Part shown: positions 1 through 10,267 of the stretch, one piece after another
Layout of the letters: each line of letters opens with the position of its first letter
Position numbering within the stretch: the stretch's first letter is position 1
Source: an uncultured delta proteobacterium
Lineage (GTDB): Bacteria; Myxococcota; B64-G9
Assembly: GCA_963754925.1 (NCBI GenBank)
Contig: CAVWHX010000003.1
Location: 256,001 to 320,000, forward strand
DNA length: 64,000 nt
Reading direction: 5' to 3'
Made by a program: the position numbers and the translations under genes
Notes under the pieces: model-generated
The model's database searches: none
Told to the model about the DNA's origin: nothing
The model's input: the letters and a program-made list of their open reading frames with translations, nothing else

Positions 1-2
1 GC

Positions 3-95
3 GAGGACACTATCCGCTACGAAGAACTCATCAATGTCATGGACGTGTGCCTCGCCAATGATTTCCCGAATATTTCGGTGTCGGGTACTATTTAG
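3..95 (+). CDS. ExbD/TolR-family protein, 3' end only (partial)
   Basis: Own translation EDTIRYEELINVMDVCLANDFPNISVSGTI* fits the ExbD C-terminal pattern; lies directly before a second ExbD. Confidence 0.7.
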   Translation, partial: EDTIRYEELINVMDVCLANDFPNISVSGTI

Positions 96-111
96 CAGTT
101 AGGAAACTATT

Positions 112-663
112 ATGCCTATTAAAAAACCAGGTCCGCGATTATTCCGAAGCGTTCGCCTTAAGACCGCCAAAAAGCAGCTTACCAAGAAGTCGGGCGCCGT
201 GTATGACGTATCGTTAAACCTTACCCCCATGATCGACATGTTCGTCGTGCTGGTCATCTTTCTGTTGATGACCTTCTCGACCTCGGGCGAAATCCTCTTC
301 TACCAAAAAACCGTCGAACTTCCTCAAGCCAGGAAGACCGAACCGCTCGAACAAGCCCCGGTGGTGATCATTGATAGCGGCCAGGTGGTTCTTGGGAAGT
401 TCAATGTCGGCCGGGTCGCCGAAATCGCCGACGATGAGAATTTTGAAATTGCCGATCTCTCCGAAAAGCTCAACGAGCTTAAAAAAGTATTCTCGCAGGT
501 CCATGGCAATGCAGAGTTTCCCGGCAAGGTCATCATCCAGGCCGACCGACAGATATCGTTTCGGGTACTTAAAAAGGTAATGTATACCTGCACATCGGCA
601 GGCTATAGCAATATCAATTTCGCGGTGTTGCCGAAGACTTCCCGAGAAGCCAGCAAGACGTAA
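112..663 (+). CDS. ExbD/TolR-family biopolymer transport / motor protein
   Basis: LNLTPMIDMFVVLVIFLL transmembrane motif with conserved Asp; IIQADRQISF C-terminal motif. Confidence 0.9.
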   Translation: MPIKKPGPRLFRSVRLKTAKKQLTKKSGAVYDVSLNLTPMIDMFVVLVIFLLMTFSTSGEILFYQKTVELPQARKTEPLEQAPVVIIDSGQVVLGKFNVGRVAEIADDENFEIADLSEKLNELKKVFSQVHGNAEFPGKVIIQADRQISFRVLKKVMYTCTSAGYSNINFAVLPKTSREASKT

Positions 664-672
664 TTCAGGTTG

Positions 673-790
673 GTAGGGGCAGGGCTTGCCCTGCCCTCAT
701 TATCGGATAAGGGCGCGGCAAGCACAGGCACCCCTTGGCGTGCTTTCCTGTCCACGGCAGAAAAGCGAGCTTAGGGGTACCTGCCCCTAC
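673..790. repeat. GTAG-type REP-like palindromic element with an internal insertion
   Basis: Begins GTAGGGGCAGGGCTTGCCCTGCCC, ends CTGCCCCTAC; between convergent genes. Confidence 0.75.
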
Positions 791-803
791 GGGAAAACTG
801 ATT

Positions 804-861
804 CTTATCCCCACGGGGATAAGCGCCCGTAAGCCTCGCTTCGCTCGCTAACGGGCGCTTA
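804..861. repeat. Palindromic repeat / possible terminator
   Basis: CTTATCCCC-AC-GGGGATAAG and AAGCGCCCGT...ACGGGCGCTT hairpins at the ftsZ stop. Confidence 0.55.
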
Positions 862-2085
862 CCTTTCCGGCCGGCGAAGGAATGTCGGCACATCGTATTC
901 CTCCTCCTCCAATGCAAATACATTCTCCTTGGAAACAGGCGGTTGCGGATCGCGAATAGCCGTGGGCGGCCGCCCGGCCGGACGGGCTATCGGCACGCGC
1001 TCGGCCACCGGCGGCTGCGAAGCGAGTTCCGAAAGTCGGTGCGGCTTCCGAATCACCGTCGGTATATCGAGATTGCCGTTGAGTGCGGAGATTATGGCAC
1101 GCGGCCGTTCGCTGATGAGCTCGGATCGGCTCTCGAAACCGGTGGCGATCACCGTAATACGAATATCCTCACCAGCTTTCTCATCCACGACGGCTCCAAA
1201 GATAATGTTGGCGTCCTCATGCGCTTGTTCCTGAATAAAACAAGCGGCTTCGTTTACCTCGTACAGGCGCATACTCTTATTGCCGGTAATGTTGAGGAGA
1301 ATACCGGTGGCGCCGCGGATATTGACCTCCTCCAGCAAGGGGGAGTTGATCGCCTGGCGCGCAGCCTCGAGCGCCCGGTTCTGTCCACTGGCTCTTCCCG
1401 TGCCCATTAACGCCATGCCGTGGCTCTGCATGATCGTACGCACATCGGCAAAATCCACATTGATCATCCCGCGCACGACGACGAGATCGCTGATGCCCTG
1501 AACCGCGTTGTTAAGGATCAAATCAACCTTCGAAAAAGCGTCGAGCAAGGCCGTGTTCTCGCCAGCCAGTTCGATCAACTTCTCATTGGGAATGGTGATC
1601 AACGTGTCGACGGACTGCTTGAGTTCTTGGATACCCTGCTCCGCCTGACGCGCCCGGCGTCTGCCTTCAAAGTTAAACGGTCGCGTCACCACCCCCACCG
1701 TGAGGCAGCCCAACGATCGCGACACCTCTGAGATGACCGGCGCTGCGCCGGTGCCGGTGCCGCCACCCATGCCGGCGGTGATAAAAACCATGTCGGCACC
1801 ATCAAGAACCTTGGCGATGGTGTCGCGCGACTCCAGCGCCGCGTTGCGCCCGATCTCCGGATTCGCCCCGGCTCCCAAACCACGGGTTAGGTTTTCGCCA
1901 ATCTGGATCTTCAAGGTAGCCAGACTGCCCGAGAGCGCCTGGGAATCGGTGTTGACCGCGATAAATTCGACACCCTCCATGCCAGAGGCGATCATGGTAT
2001 TCAGGGCGTTGTTGCCGCCCCCGCCGATACCCACCACCCGAATCCGCGCTCCGTTCTCTGCACCTTCCTCCAGTAATTCAATCAT
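859..2085 (-). CDS. ftsZ: Cell division protein FtsZ
   Basis: GGGTGTG tubulin signature, NVDFADV, C-terminal DVPTFLRR. Confidence 0.99.
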   Translation of the reverse strand: MIELLEEGAENGARIRVVGIGGGGNNALNTMIASGMEGVEFIAVNTDSQALSGSLATLKIQIGENLTRGLGAGANPEIGRNAALESRDTIAKVLDGADMVFITAGMGGGTGTGAAPVISEVSRSLGCLTVGVVTRPFNFEGRRRARQAEQGIQELKQSVDTLITIPNEKLIELAGENTALLDAFSKVDLILNNAVQGISDLVVVRGMINVDFADVRTIMQSHGMALMGTGRASGQNRALEAARQAINSPLLEEVNIRGATGILLNITGNKSMRLYEVNEAACFIQEQAHEDANIIFGAVVDEKAGEDIRITVIATGFESRSELISERPRAIISALNGNLDIPTVIRKPHRLSELASQPPVAERVPIARPAGRPPTAIRDPQPPVSKENVFALEEEEYDVPTFLRRPER

Positions 2086-2183
2086 TACTCCCTCCTTCCG
2101 GCTAGCGCCCGCGCAGGGGCAAAAGAAAACTGCTATACATTCTTCAGAACTGCGTTTCTGGTAAATATCGTGAGCACTCCGCC

Positions 2184-3413
2184 CTAAAAGAAATCGCGCA
2201 CCAAGATGCTCATGCGCTGCTTGATGCGTTGGTAGAGGTTCTTGTCGATGCGATTAGGAAAAAACCGATTGCCCAGATGCTCCCGCCCGTACAACACCAA
2301 CCCGACGCCGGTCGAATAGATCGGCGAGCGAACGACGTCGACCAACCCGCCGATTCGTTCCGGCACGCCGCGGCGCACCGGCATGCCCAATACATCCTCT
2401 GCCAGCTCGGTCATACCCTCCATGATCGTCGAGCCGCCGGTAATGACGGCGCCCGATGCAAGCAGCTCAGCATATCCGGCGCGCTGTGCCTCGCGCAGGA
2501 CTAAGCTAAAAATTTCCTCCACACGCGGCTCAACGATCTCCCCCAAGATCTGGCGCGAGAGGGTGCGGGTGCCGCGCCCACCTACCGACGGCACCTCGAT
2601 GGTTTCGTCCTTGCCGATGAGCGAAGCCAAAGCGCAACCGTGTTTTACCTTGAGTTTTTCAGCCTCGGGGACCGGGGTGCGCAGGCCCAAGGCCACATCG
2701 TTGGTGATCTGGTTGCCACCCAGCGACAGCACCGCCGTGTGCACGATACTGCCGCCGCTAAAGATAGCCAGGTCGGTGGTGCCGCCGCCGATGTCAACCA
2801 GCGCCACGCCTAAGTCTTTTTCATCGTCGTTGAGCACCGCCATGGCCGAGGCGAGCGGTTGCAGGACGATATCAGCCACATCCAATCCCGTGCGATTAGC
2901 GCACTTGATCAGGTTCTGGGCCGACGAGCAGGCGGCGGTCACCAGGTGCACTTTGGCCTCGAGACGCACGCCGCTCATTCCCAGCGGCTCCTTGATGCCG
3001 TCTTGGTTGTCTATAATGTAATCCTGAGGCAACACGTGGATCACTTCGCGGTCGAGCGGAATCACCATGGCCCGCGCGGCATCAATCACCCGATTGATAT
3101 CGTTCGGCGTCACCTCTTTGTCCTTGACCGCCACAATGCCGTGCGAGTTGACGCCCTTGATGTGAGCGCCGGCGATGCCGACATAGGCGCTCTTGATCTC
3201 ACAACCGGCCATCATCTCGGCTTCTTCCAAGGCGCGCTTGATTGAACTAACGGTGCTTTCAATGTTGACCACGACGCCTTTCTTCAATCCGTGGGAGGGC
3301 GAGGTGCCAATCCCAACGATATCAACCCCATCCTGCTGGATTTCACCGACAATGGCGCAAATTTTGGTTGTGCCAATGTCCAGCCCGACCACCAATTCAT
3401 TGCCTTTTGCCAT
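2184..3413 (-). CDS. ftsA: Cell division protein FtsA
   Basis: GLDIGTTKI, DIGGGTTD actin-like motifs; dcw position. Confidence 0.99.
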   Translation of the reverse strand: MAKGNELVVGLDIGTTKICAIVGEIQQDGVDIVGIGTSPSHGLKKGVVVNIESTVSSIKRALEEAEMMAGCEIKSAYVGIAGAHIKGVNSHGIVAVKDKEVTPNDINRVIDAARAMVIPLDREVIHVLPQDYIIDNQDGIKEPLGMSGVRLEAKVHLVTAACSSAQNLIKCANRTGLDVADIVLQPLASAMAVLNDDEKDLGVALVDIGGGTTDLAIFSGGSIVHTAVLSLGGNQITNDVALGLRTPVPEAEKLKVKHGCALASLIGKDETIEVPSVGGRGTRTLSRQILGEIVEPRVEEIFSLVLREAQRAGYAELLASGAVITGGSTIMEGMTELAEDVLGMPVRRGVPERIGGLVDVVRSPIYSTGVGLVLYGREHLGNRFFPNRIDKNLYQRIKQRMSILVRDFF

Positions 3414-3436
3414 GGGTTACCTCACCTCGCTTGAGT

Positions 3437-4297
3437 TCAAAAAACCAGTTTGGATTTAGTTTCGTTGCTCTGCTCAGGCGATGCATCCAACCGCACCGTC
3501 GCCCATTCCGGGTGCGTGGCATGGTCCAGCAGCACCACGTGGGCCTTGAGGTTACGCTCGCTCAATTCTTTCAGCACCCGGCATACCAGCCCGAAGCGGT
3601 CCTCCGGGCGCTGCACGCCGAGACGAAAAGACACTGCCTTGGGATCAAGCACCACGGTTGTTCCGAGGATTTCATCGAGCTGTACCTCTGCGATCTGGCT
3701 GTCCTTGAGACACGGTACCGTCGCCGCCGTCTCTATAAGTTGGATTGCCGTGCGCAATTGTGCGTGGGCGCGGGCCGGATCGCTGCGGAACTGCTCTCGA
3801 CTGATACCGGTCACTACGGGTACATCAACCAGCTCTCCGGGCATCGCTCGCTTAAAGATCTCACCCTCGCTATCGGCGAAGTACAGCCCTTCGAGACTCA
3901 CAAGCGCCACCGGTTTGTATTCCTCGATCTCAACCACCAGTCGATCCGGCACCACCCGTTGGATGTGCGCACGCCGGATCCAGGCTTGCTCCCGCAACCG
4001 ACGTTCAATCGCCGGAAGGTCGAGCGCGAAAATGTTTTGGCCTTCTTCGAGCCCGGCAATTTCCAGAATCTCCGCAACGCTGAGCTGCGCCGCGCCGCGT
4101 ACCTCTATGCAGCGCACCGCGAGCATTTGCGACGTCTGAAAAAACCGATAGAGCCCGCTGGCGGAAAGACCCAACCCCACCCCGAGACCCGCCAGCAACA
4201 CTACGCGGCCAGGCCAAAAAACAAAGCGCCGCATGAAGCGACGACGCGTAGCGATCCGTTCCTCGGATGATTTCAATTTGCGGTTTGGGCGCACCAT
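3437..4297 (-). CDS. ftsQ: Cell division protein FtsQ/DivIB
   Basis: Single transmembrane helix plus POTRA-like segment; between ddl and ftsA. Confidence 0.92.
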   Translation of the reverse strand: MVRPNRKLKSSEERIATRRRFMRRFVFWPGRVVLLAGLGVGLGLSASGLYRFFQTSQMLAVRCIEVRGAAQLSVAEILEIAGLEEGQNIFALDLPAIERRLREQAWIRRAHIQRVVPDRLVVEIEEYKPVALVSLEGLYFADSEGEIFKRAMPGELVDVPVVTGISREQFRSDPARAHAQLRTAIQLIETAATVPCLKDSQIAEVQLDEILGTTVVLDPKAVSFRLGVQRPEDRFGLVCRVLKELSERNLKAHVVLLDHATHPEWATVRLDASPEQSNETKSKLVF

Positions 4298-4309
4298 GGC
4301 CTAACCTCG

Positions 4310-5227
4310 TTATGCTTTAAGCGCAGCCGTCAGCAATATCCGTTCGGCGAGCTCTTCAAACGACATGCCGACGCCAGCGGCTATCATCGGAACCAAGCTG
4401 TGCGCGGTCATGCCCGGCAGCGCGTTCACTTCGAGCACAAAAAACTCGCCTTGCGAGAAGATCAAGTCCACGCGCGTGACGCCCTGGCAGCCCAGCGCGC
4501 GGTGTGTTCCGAGACCTACCGCCAGAGCGCGGCGGGTCTCGTCCTTGCTCAGCGGCGCTGGAAAAACATAGCGGGTGCCGCTATCACTACGGTATTTGGC
4601 CCGATAGTTGTAAAAATCCTCGGCCGGGATGATCTCGATCGCGCCCAGCGCTCGATCATCAAGTATCGCCACTTGGATCTCGCGTCCCTTGATGTAGCGC
4701 TCGATCACGATGTCACCGGCATACATGGCCGCTTCGGCGATGGCCTGGCGAAGGGCGGCCTCGTCCCGAGCGATGTTGACGCCGACGCTCGATCCTTCGC
4801 GGCCCGGTTTCACCACCACCGGCAAGGGAAAGGGCAGATCAGCCGACGAGTAGCTCGGCGCCGCGGTTTTAAGCAACACCACGTCCTCCGCAAGCACAAG
4901 CCCAGCCGCGCGAAACAGTTTTTTTGCCACCACCTTATCCATGGACAAAGCGCTTGCCAACACCCCGCTGCCCGTGTACGGAATGCGCATGACCTCAAGC
5001 AACCCTTGGACACAACCGTCTTCACCATAGCGGCCATGCAAAGCTATAAAAGCGACCTCGATCTGCTCGCGGCGCAGCCGTTGCGGCAGTTCGTGGTCCA
5101 CCTCGATCTCGATCACGTGGTAGCCCCGGCCGCGCAAGCCGTTCGCCACCATCGCCCCGGTCTCAAGAGAGACCTCGTGTTCGGCGTTGTGCCCGCCCTT
5201 CAAGACACCGATACGCCTATCTTTCAT
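4310..5227 (-). CDS. ddl: D-alanine--D-alanine ligase
   Basis: LHGRYGEDG, GSSVG, FYNYRAKY, EVNALPGMT. Confidence 0.97.
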   Translation of the reverse strand: MKDRRIGVLKGGHNAEHEVSLETGAMVANGLRGRGYHVIEIEVDHELPQRLRREQIEVAFIALHGRYGEDGCVQGLLEVMRIPYTGSGVLASALSMDKVVAKKLFRAAGLVLAEDVVLLKTAAPSYSSADLPFPLPVVVKPGREGSSVGVNIARDEAALRQAIAEAAMYAGDIVIERYIKGREIQVAILDDRALGAIEIIPAEDFYNYRAKYRSDSGTRYVFPAPLSKDETRRALAVGLGTHRALGCQGVTRVDLIFSQGEFFVLEVNALPGMTAHSLVPMIAAGVGMSFEELAERILLTAALKA

Positions 5228-6624
5228 GTCGTTCCCCCTGACCGATTGCCGCCACCAGAACGCCGATCGAGAAATTCCTTCCCTACTTTCCAGACATCGC
5301 CGGCGCCCTGTGTGATAACCAGGTCGCCGGACCGGGTGTTTTCGAGAAGCCAGTTCACGACCTGCGGCCGATCCGGGATGAAGGTTGCGTTAGGATGTCC
5401 GTGATCACGGATACCAACAAACAACCGGTAACCGGACACGTTTGGAATCGGCTGCTCGGAAGCGGCATAGATATCCATCACCACCACCTGATTGGCGTAA
5501 TCGAAGGCGGTAAAAAACTCCTTCTCGAGATCGCGTGTGCGGGTGAAGCGATGCGGCTGGAAGACTACCACCAGACGCCGTTTTAGAGCCTGGTGCGCCG
5601 CCTCCAACGTCGCTTTGATCTCAGTCGGGTGATGACCGTAGTCGTCAATGACCGTGATCCCATCGATTTCGCCGCGAATCGTAAAGCGCCGCTCGACCCC
5701 CTGGAAATCGTCAAAGGCGCTCTTGACATCGGCGAAGCTCACGCCGATTTCGTCGGCAATCGCAATCACTCCCAGAGCGTTTTGCACATTGTGGCGCCCG
5801 ATCATTCTCAGTCGCAGCCTCCCTACGGATTGGCCTCGGCGCAGGAGATCGAAGCTCACTTCGGCGGCGCCAAACGTAAGCTGCTCGGCCCGGTACTCGG
5901 CCGGCGCGGCGATGCCGTAGGTAATGACCCGCTTTTCGATGCGCGGCAAAATCTCTCGGACATTGCGATTATCCAGGCAGGCAGCCACTAATCCGTAGAA
6001 GGGCACCTGATTGGCGAATTGGACGAAAGCATCCTTGATTCGCTCGACGGTGCCGAAGTGATCGAGGTGCTCGGGATCGATGTTGGTAATGATGGCGTAC
6101 GTTGGTCTGAGTTTCAAGAACGAGCCGTCGCTTTCATCGGCCTCGGCCACCAGAAATTCTCCCTGGCCCAAGCGAGCGTTGCTGCCCAGGCTATTGACCC
6201 GGCCGCCGATGACCAGCGTCGGATCGTACCCGGCCCGCGCGAGCACCGCCCCTAACAATGAGGTCGTCGTCGTTTTGCCATGCGCCCCGGCCACGGCGAT
6301 GCCGCGTTTTAAGCGCATCAGCTCCGCGAGCATTTCGGCGCGCGGGATGACCGGCACCCCGCGGCGTCGGGCCGCCACGACCTCTGGATTATCGGGCTGG
6401 ATGGCACTCGAAACCACCACGACGTCGGCCTCTTTGAGATTGCCCTCAGCATGCCCACGGGCGATGCGGGCACCGAGTTTCTCTAAGCGGCTGGTGACCT
6501 CGTTCTCGGCGAGATCCGAGCCGCTCACGTGGTAGTTGAGATTAAGGAGCACCTCGGCAATCCCGCTCATGCCGATACCGCCGATACCGACAAAATGCAC
6601 ACGGCAGGTGCGTGGGATGTGCAT
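5224..6624 (-). CDS. murC: UDP-N-acetylmuramate--L-alanine ligase
   Basis: HFVGIGGIGMSG, GAHGKTTT, EADESD, DDYGHHPTE. Confidence 0.98.
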   Translation of the reverse strand: MHIPRTCRVHFVGIGGIGMSGIAEVLLNLNYHVSGSDLAENEVTSRLEKLGARIARGHAEGNLKEADVVVVSSAIQPDNPEVVAARRRGVPVIPRAEMLAELMRLKRGIAVAGAHGKTTTTSLLGAVLARAGYDPTLVIGGRVNSLGSNARLGQGEFLVAEADESDGSFLKLRPTYAIITNIDPEHLDHFGTVERIKDAFVQFANQVPFYGLVAACLDNRNVREILPRIEKRVITYGIAAPAEYRAEQLTFGAAEVSFDLLRRGQSVGRLRLRMIGRHNVQNALGVIAIADEIGVSFADVKSAFDDFQGVERRFTIRGEIDGITVIDDYGHHPTEIKATLEAAHQALKRRLVVVFQPHRFTRTRDLEKEFFTAFDYANQVVVMDIYAASEQPIPNVSGYRLFVGIRDHGHPNATFIPDRPQVVNWLLENTRSGDLVITQGAGDVWKVGKEFLDRRSGGGNRSGGTT

Positions 6625-7736
6625 TATCCCCGCTCCTTTCCGCGCCAGGGACTTTGTGCCGCAAGCTCCACGATCACGGTGCCGATCTGACGCGCTGCAT
6701 CAGGCCGGCCCAATCGGCTGGCCGTTTGTTCCATGGCCGCTCGCCGGGTTGTGTCCCGGAGAAGGTCAAGCAGGCAATCGGCCAGCTTCGCTGGCGTGAG
6801 TTCCGACTCGCGAAGCATTATCGCGGCCCCGGCTTGGGCCAGCGCCCGCGCATTGGCCTCCTGGTGATTGTCCGCCGCCCGGGCGAACGGCACCAAAATC
6901 GCCGCTTTCCCGCAGAGCGTCAATTCCGCCACCGACGTTGCCCCCGCACGGCATACCACGACATCCGCGCGGCGATACGCAGCCGCCATATCATCGATAA
7001 ACGGCAGCACCGTTGCCGTGACGCCGTACCCCTGATAACACTGTTGCACCTGAAGAACCTCGCGCGCGCCGCTCTGATGAACCACCTGCAGATCGGGCAT
7101 GCGTTGATGCGCCACCCGCACCGCCTCAGGAACCACGCGGTTGAGCACGCTGGCGCCTTGTGACCCGCCAAAGATTAACAGTTGCGATCCCGGTTCCCGC
7201 TCGCCCTCGGCGCGCGAGCTTTTCAGCAAACTCCGACGCACCGGGTTGCCGGTGACCACGGTCCGGCGCGGAGAGAAGAATCGTGTGGATTCGGGAAAGG
7301 ATACGAACGCTCGCCAGGCAAGCCTGCCCAACACCTTGTTGGTCAAACCCGGAACGGCATTTTGTTCCATTATGGCCGTTGGCACGCGCAACCAGGTGGC
7401 CGCCAGCAGCACCGGACCCGAGGCATAGCCACCCACCCCCACCACGACATCAGGAGAGAAGCGTTTGAGAATACGGCGCGACTGGAGGAACGCTCGGGGG
7501 AGCCTGGACAACCCAACCACCCAACCGGTTAGACCCATGCCCTTCATTCCGCCGACGTCGATCAATTCGAGTGCGAAGCCGGCCCGAGGCACGGCGTCGC
7601 TCTCGACCCCCCGACGGGTGCCAACAAACAATAGTTGATGTCCGACATCGCGGGAAAGCAGCTCCTCGGCCACGGCAATGCCGGGAAAGACATGACCACC
7701 GGTACCGCCTCCCGCAATCAATACGCGCATCCGCAC
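6624..7736 (-). CDS. murG: Lipid II GlcNAc transferase MurG
   Basis: GGGTGGHVFP, GGSQGA, HQEANA. Confidence 0.98.
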   Translation of the reverse strand: MRMRVLIAGGGTGGHVFPGIAVAEELLSRDVGHQLLFVGTRRGVESDAVPRAGFALELIDVGGMKGMGLTGWVVGLSRLPRAFLQSRRILKRFSPDVVVGVGGYASGPVLLAATWLRVPTAIMEQNAVPGLTNKVLGRLAWRAFVSFPESTRFFSPRRTVVTGNPVRRSLLKSSRAEGEREPGSQLLIFGGSQGASVLNRVVPEAVRVAHQRMPDLQVVHQSGAREVLQVQQCYQGYGVTATVLPFIDDMAAAYRRADVVVCRAGATSVAELTLCGKAAILVPFARAADNHQEANARALAQAGAAIMLRESELTPAKLADCLLDLLRDTTRRAAMEQTASRLGRPDAARQIGTVIVELAAQSPWRGKERG

Positions 7737-7742
7737 CTCGTC

Positions 7743-8888
7743 CTATTCATTGAAACAAGGCCGCGTGACCTTTGGGTCGCGGGCGCTTGCCTCAACCATT
7801 CCGTGCGCAGAGACATCCAGCACGATGCCGAGCGCAAACATCATGCAGATTAACGAACTGCCCCCATAACTGAGCAAGGGCAGGGTCAAACCTTTGGTGG
7901 GCAGTAACCCGGTCACCACCCCAATGTTGACCAGCGTCTGCAATCCAATCAATAGTGAGAAACCAAACGCCAACAACGTGCCAAAGACATCCGGCGCCCG
8001 CACCGCGGCCCGCAGCCCGCGCCAGACCACCAGGCCGTAAAGCGCCACGATCGTGAGGGCTCCCAACAAACCCAGCTCCTCGCCAATGATCGAAAAAATG
8101 AAGTCGGTATGCGCGGCCGGCAGAAAGAAGAGCTTGTGTTTGCTCTCGCCGAGACCCACGCCCAGCACCCCACCCGAGCCAAAACTCATTAGACTCTCGC
8201 TGATCTGGTAACCGATATCGAATCGATGCGACCACGGATCGAGAAACGCGAGCAGCCGTCGCAGGCGATAGGGAGAGCCGACAATCAACAGGTAGGCCAT
8301 GGGGAGGGAGGCCAAGGCGGTCGCCACGATATAACTCACCCGTGTTCCGGCTAAAAACAGCATGAAGAAAAGGATCAGGGTCAGCGTGGCCGCAGTGCCA
8401 AAGTCGGGCTGCGCCAAGAGCAGCAGGACCAAGACACCGCAGATCATGAGGTGTGGTAAGCACCCGGTCGAGAACGCCTTGATCTTATCTTGTTTACGGG
8501 TCAGCGAGTACGCCAAATAAATCACCACCGTGATTTTAGCCAGCTCGCCGGGCTGTATGCTCACCCAACCCAGACGCAACCAGCGCGCGGAACCGCTGGC
8601 GGTGGTTCCCAGTCCGGGCAGGAGCACCATACCCAACATCACCGCCGTCACCAGTAACAGGGGATATGCAAGCTTGGTGAGGCGTTGGTAACCGAACGAA
8701 GCCCCAAACCACAGCGCTGCCAAGCCAAGGGCAGCGTGAACCAATTGCCGCTTGAAGAAAAACAAAGCGTCCTGGGTCTGATCCTGGGCAAAAACCGCAC
8801 TGGCGCTGTAAACCATTACCAGCCCAAACCCCGTCAGGCAGAGCACGGCCCCTAACAAAATGGGGTCTAGTTTGGCCGGTTGGTTCAT
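7743..8888 (-). CDS. ftsW: SEDS peptidoglycan glycosyltransferase FtsW
   Basis: QPDFG, HTDFIF, LPLLSYGGSS. Confidence 0.97.
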   Translation of the reverse strand: MNQPAKLDPILLGAVLCLTGFGLVMVYSASAVFAQDQTQDALFFFKRQLVHAALGLAALWFGASFGYQRLTKLAYPLLLVTAVMLGMVLLPGLGTTASGSARWLRLGWVSIQPGELAKITVVIYLAYSLTRKQDKIKAFSTGCLPHLMICGVLVLLLLAQPDFGTAATLTLILFFMLFLAGTRVSYIVATALASLPMAYLLIVGSPYRLRRLLAFLDPWSHRFDIGYQISESLMSFGSGGVLGVGLGESKHKLFFLPAAHTDFIFSIIGEELGLLGALTIVALYGLVVWRGLRAAVRAPDVFGTLLAFGFSLLIGLQTLVNIGVVTGLLPTKGLTLPLLSYGGSSLICMMFALGIVLDVSAHGMVEASARDPKVTRPCFNE

Positions 8889-10261
8889 CGTCCCCTCTCC
8901 ACCTGATGCACCAGTTGCATAAACACGTCGCCGCGCTGCTCGAAGTCGCGGAACTGGTCAAAACTGGCGCAGGCCGGGCTTAGCAAAACGACGTCACCTG
9001 GTTGCGCAAGTGTGGCCGCACGGGACACCGCCTCAGGCAAATCCTTGACGCGGTGCAGCATCGTACAACCATCCAGGTCGCGTGCCATGCGCTCTGCATC
9101 CTCGCCCAGGAGAATGAGATGCCTGACGTTGCGCGCGATGAGCTCGCGTAACGGCGTATAGGGCGCACCCTTCCCACGCCCGCCGGCGATGAGAACAATC
9201 GGTCCATCAAAGCTCTGAAGCGACTTCGCCGCGGCATCGATATTGGTGGCTTTTGAGTCGTTGACATACCGCACACCGTTTATCTCGGCCACCGGTTGCA
9301 GACGATGAGCAAGGCCCGGAAAGCTATCGAGTCCGGGCTGAATGAGATCTTCGCGTATGCCGGCGGCAACCACCGCCAATATCGCCGCCGCTGCGTTTTC
9401 GGCATTGTGCCCGCCTCTTAAGCGGTCGCCGGTCAGACGCAGCACCGCCCCCGAACCGGCCAGGTGGATCTCGCGTCCGTCGATTCGCGCCCCGGCTTTC
9501 GCCCGCTGCGGCTCCCGGCTGAATCCAACGATCCGACAGTGGAGGTCGTGCATGTTCCTGCGCACCATCTCATCATCAAGGAAAAAGATGCCGGTGTCGC
9601 CGGGCCCTTGGCCCTCAAACAAGCGCCGCTTGATCTTGGCATAGCGCTCAAGGCTGCCATGACGCTCGAGATGGTCGGGAGTGAGGTTGAGCCAGATCCC
9701 GATGCGCGGCGAAAAGTTCGAAGGCGCCGTGAGTTGTTCGAGTTGGTAGCTCGAGACCTCGACCACAGCCCAGTCAACCGGCTGATCGTCGAGCAACAGC
9801 TGGCAGAAGGGCGTTCCGAAATTACCGCCGATAAATACTCGTCGTCCCGCCGTCTCCAGCAGATGGGCGCACAGGGCAGCGGTCGTTGACTTGCCGTTCG
9901 TGCCGGTCACGGCCAGCATCGGCGCGCGATTGAGTCGGGCCGCGAGCTCGATCTCGCCGAGCAGCGGCAGACCGCGGCGGGATGCCTCGCTCGGCAGCGG
10001 GTTTTGGGGGGCCACGCCGGGGCTGAGAACGACGAGATCAACCTGGTCGAGCACATCCAGCCGCTCGCCGCCCACCTCGACGTGCACGCCGGCCGCCCGC
10101 AACTCCCGGGTTGCCGAAAGATCGTCGCGGCGATCGGTGCCGGTGACCGCGAAACCCATGCGAACCAACAGTTTTGCCGCGGCCACACCGCTTCGTGCAA
10201 GCCCGACGATCAGCACTCGTCGTCCAGCAGGCTTCGACAAAATTTGCGCAATTCGCTCCAT
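8885..10261 (-). CDS. murD: UDP-MurNAc-L-Ala--D-glutamate ligase
   Basis: GTNGKSTT, NDSKATN, SPACASFDQF. Confidence 0.98.
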   Translation of the reverse strand: MERIAQILSKPAGRRVLIVGLARSGVAAAKLLVRMGFAVTGTDRRDDLSATRELRAAGVHVEVGGERLDVLDQVDLVVLSPGVAPQNPLPSEASRRGLPLLGEIELAARLNRAPMLAVTGTNGKSTTAALCAHLLETAGRRVFIGGNFGTPFCQLLLDDQPVDWAVVEVSSYQLEQLTAPSNFSPRIGIWLNLTPDHLERHGSLERYAKIKRRLFEGQGPGDTGIFFLDDEMVRRNMHDLHCRIVGFSREPQRAKAGARIDGREIHLAGSGAVLRLTGDRLRGGHNAENAAAAILAVVAAGIREDLIQPGLDSFPGLAHRLQPVAEINGVRYVNDSKATNIDAAAKSLQSFDGPIVLIAGGRGKGAPYTPLRELIARNVRHLILLGEDAERMARDLDGCTMLHRVKDLPEAVSRAATLAQPGDVVLLSPACASFDQFRDFEQRGDVFMQLVHQVERGR

Positions 10262-10267
10262 ATCTTC

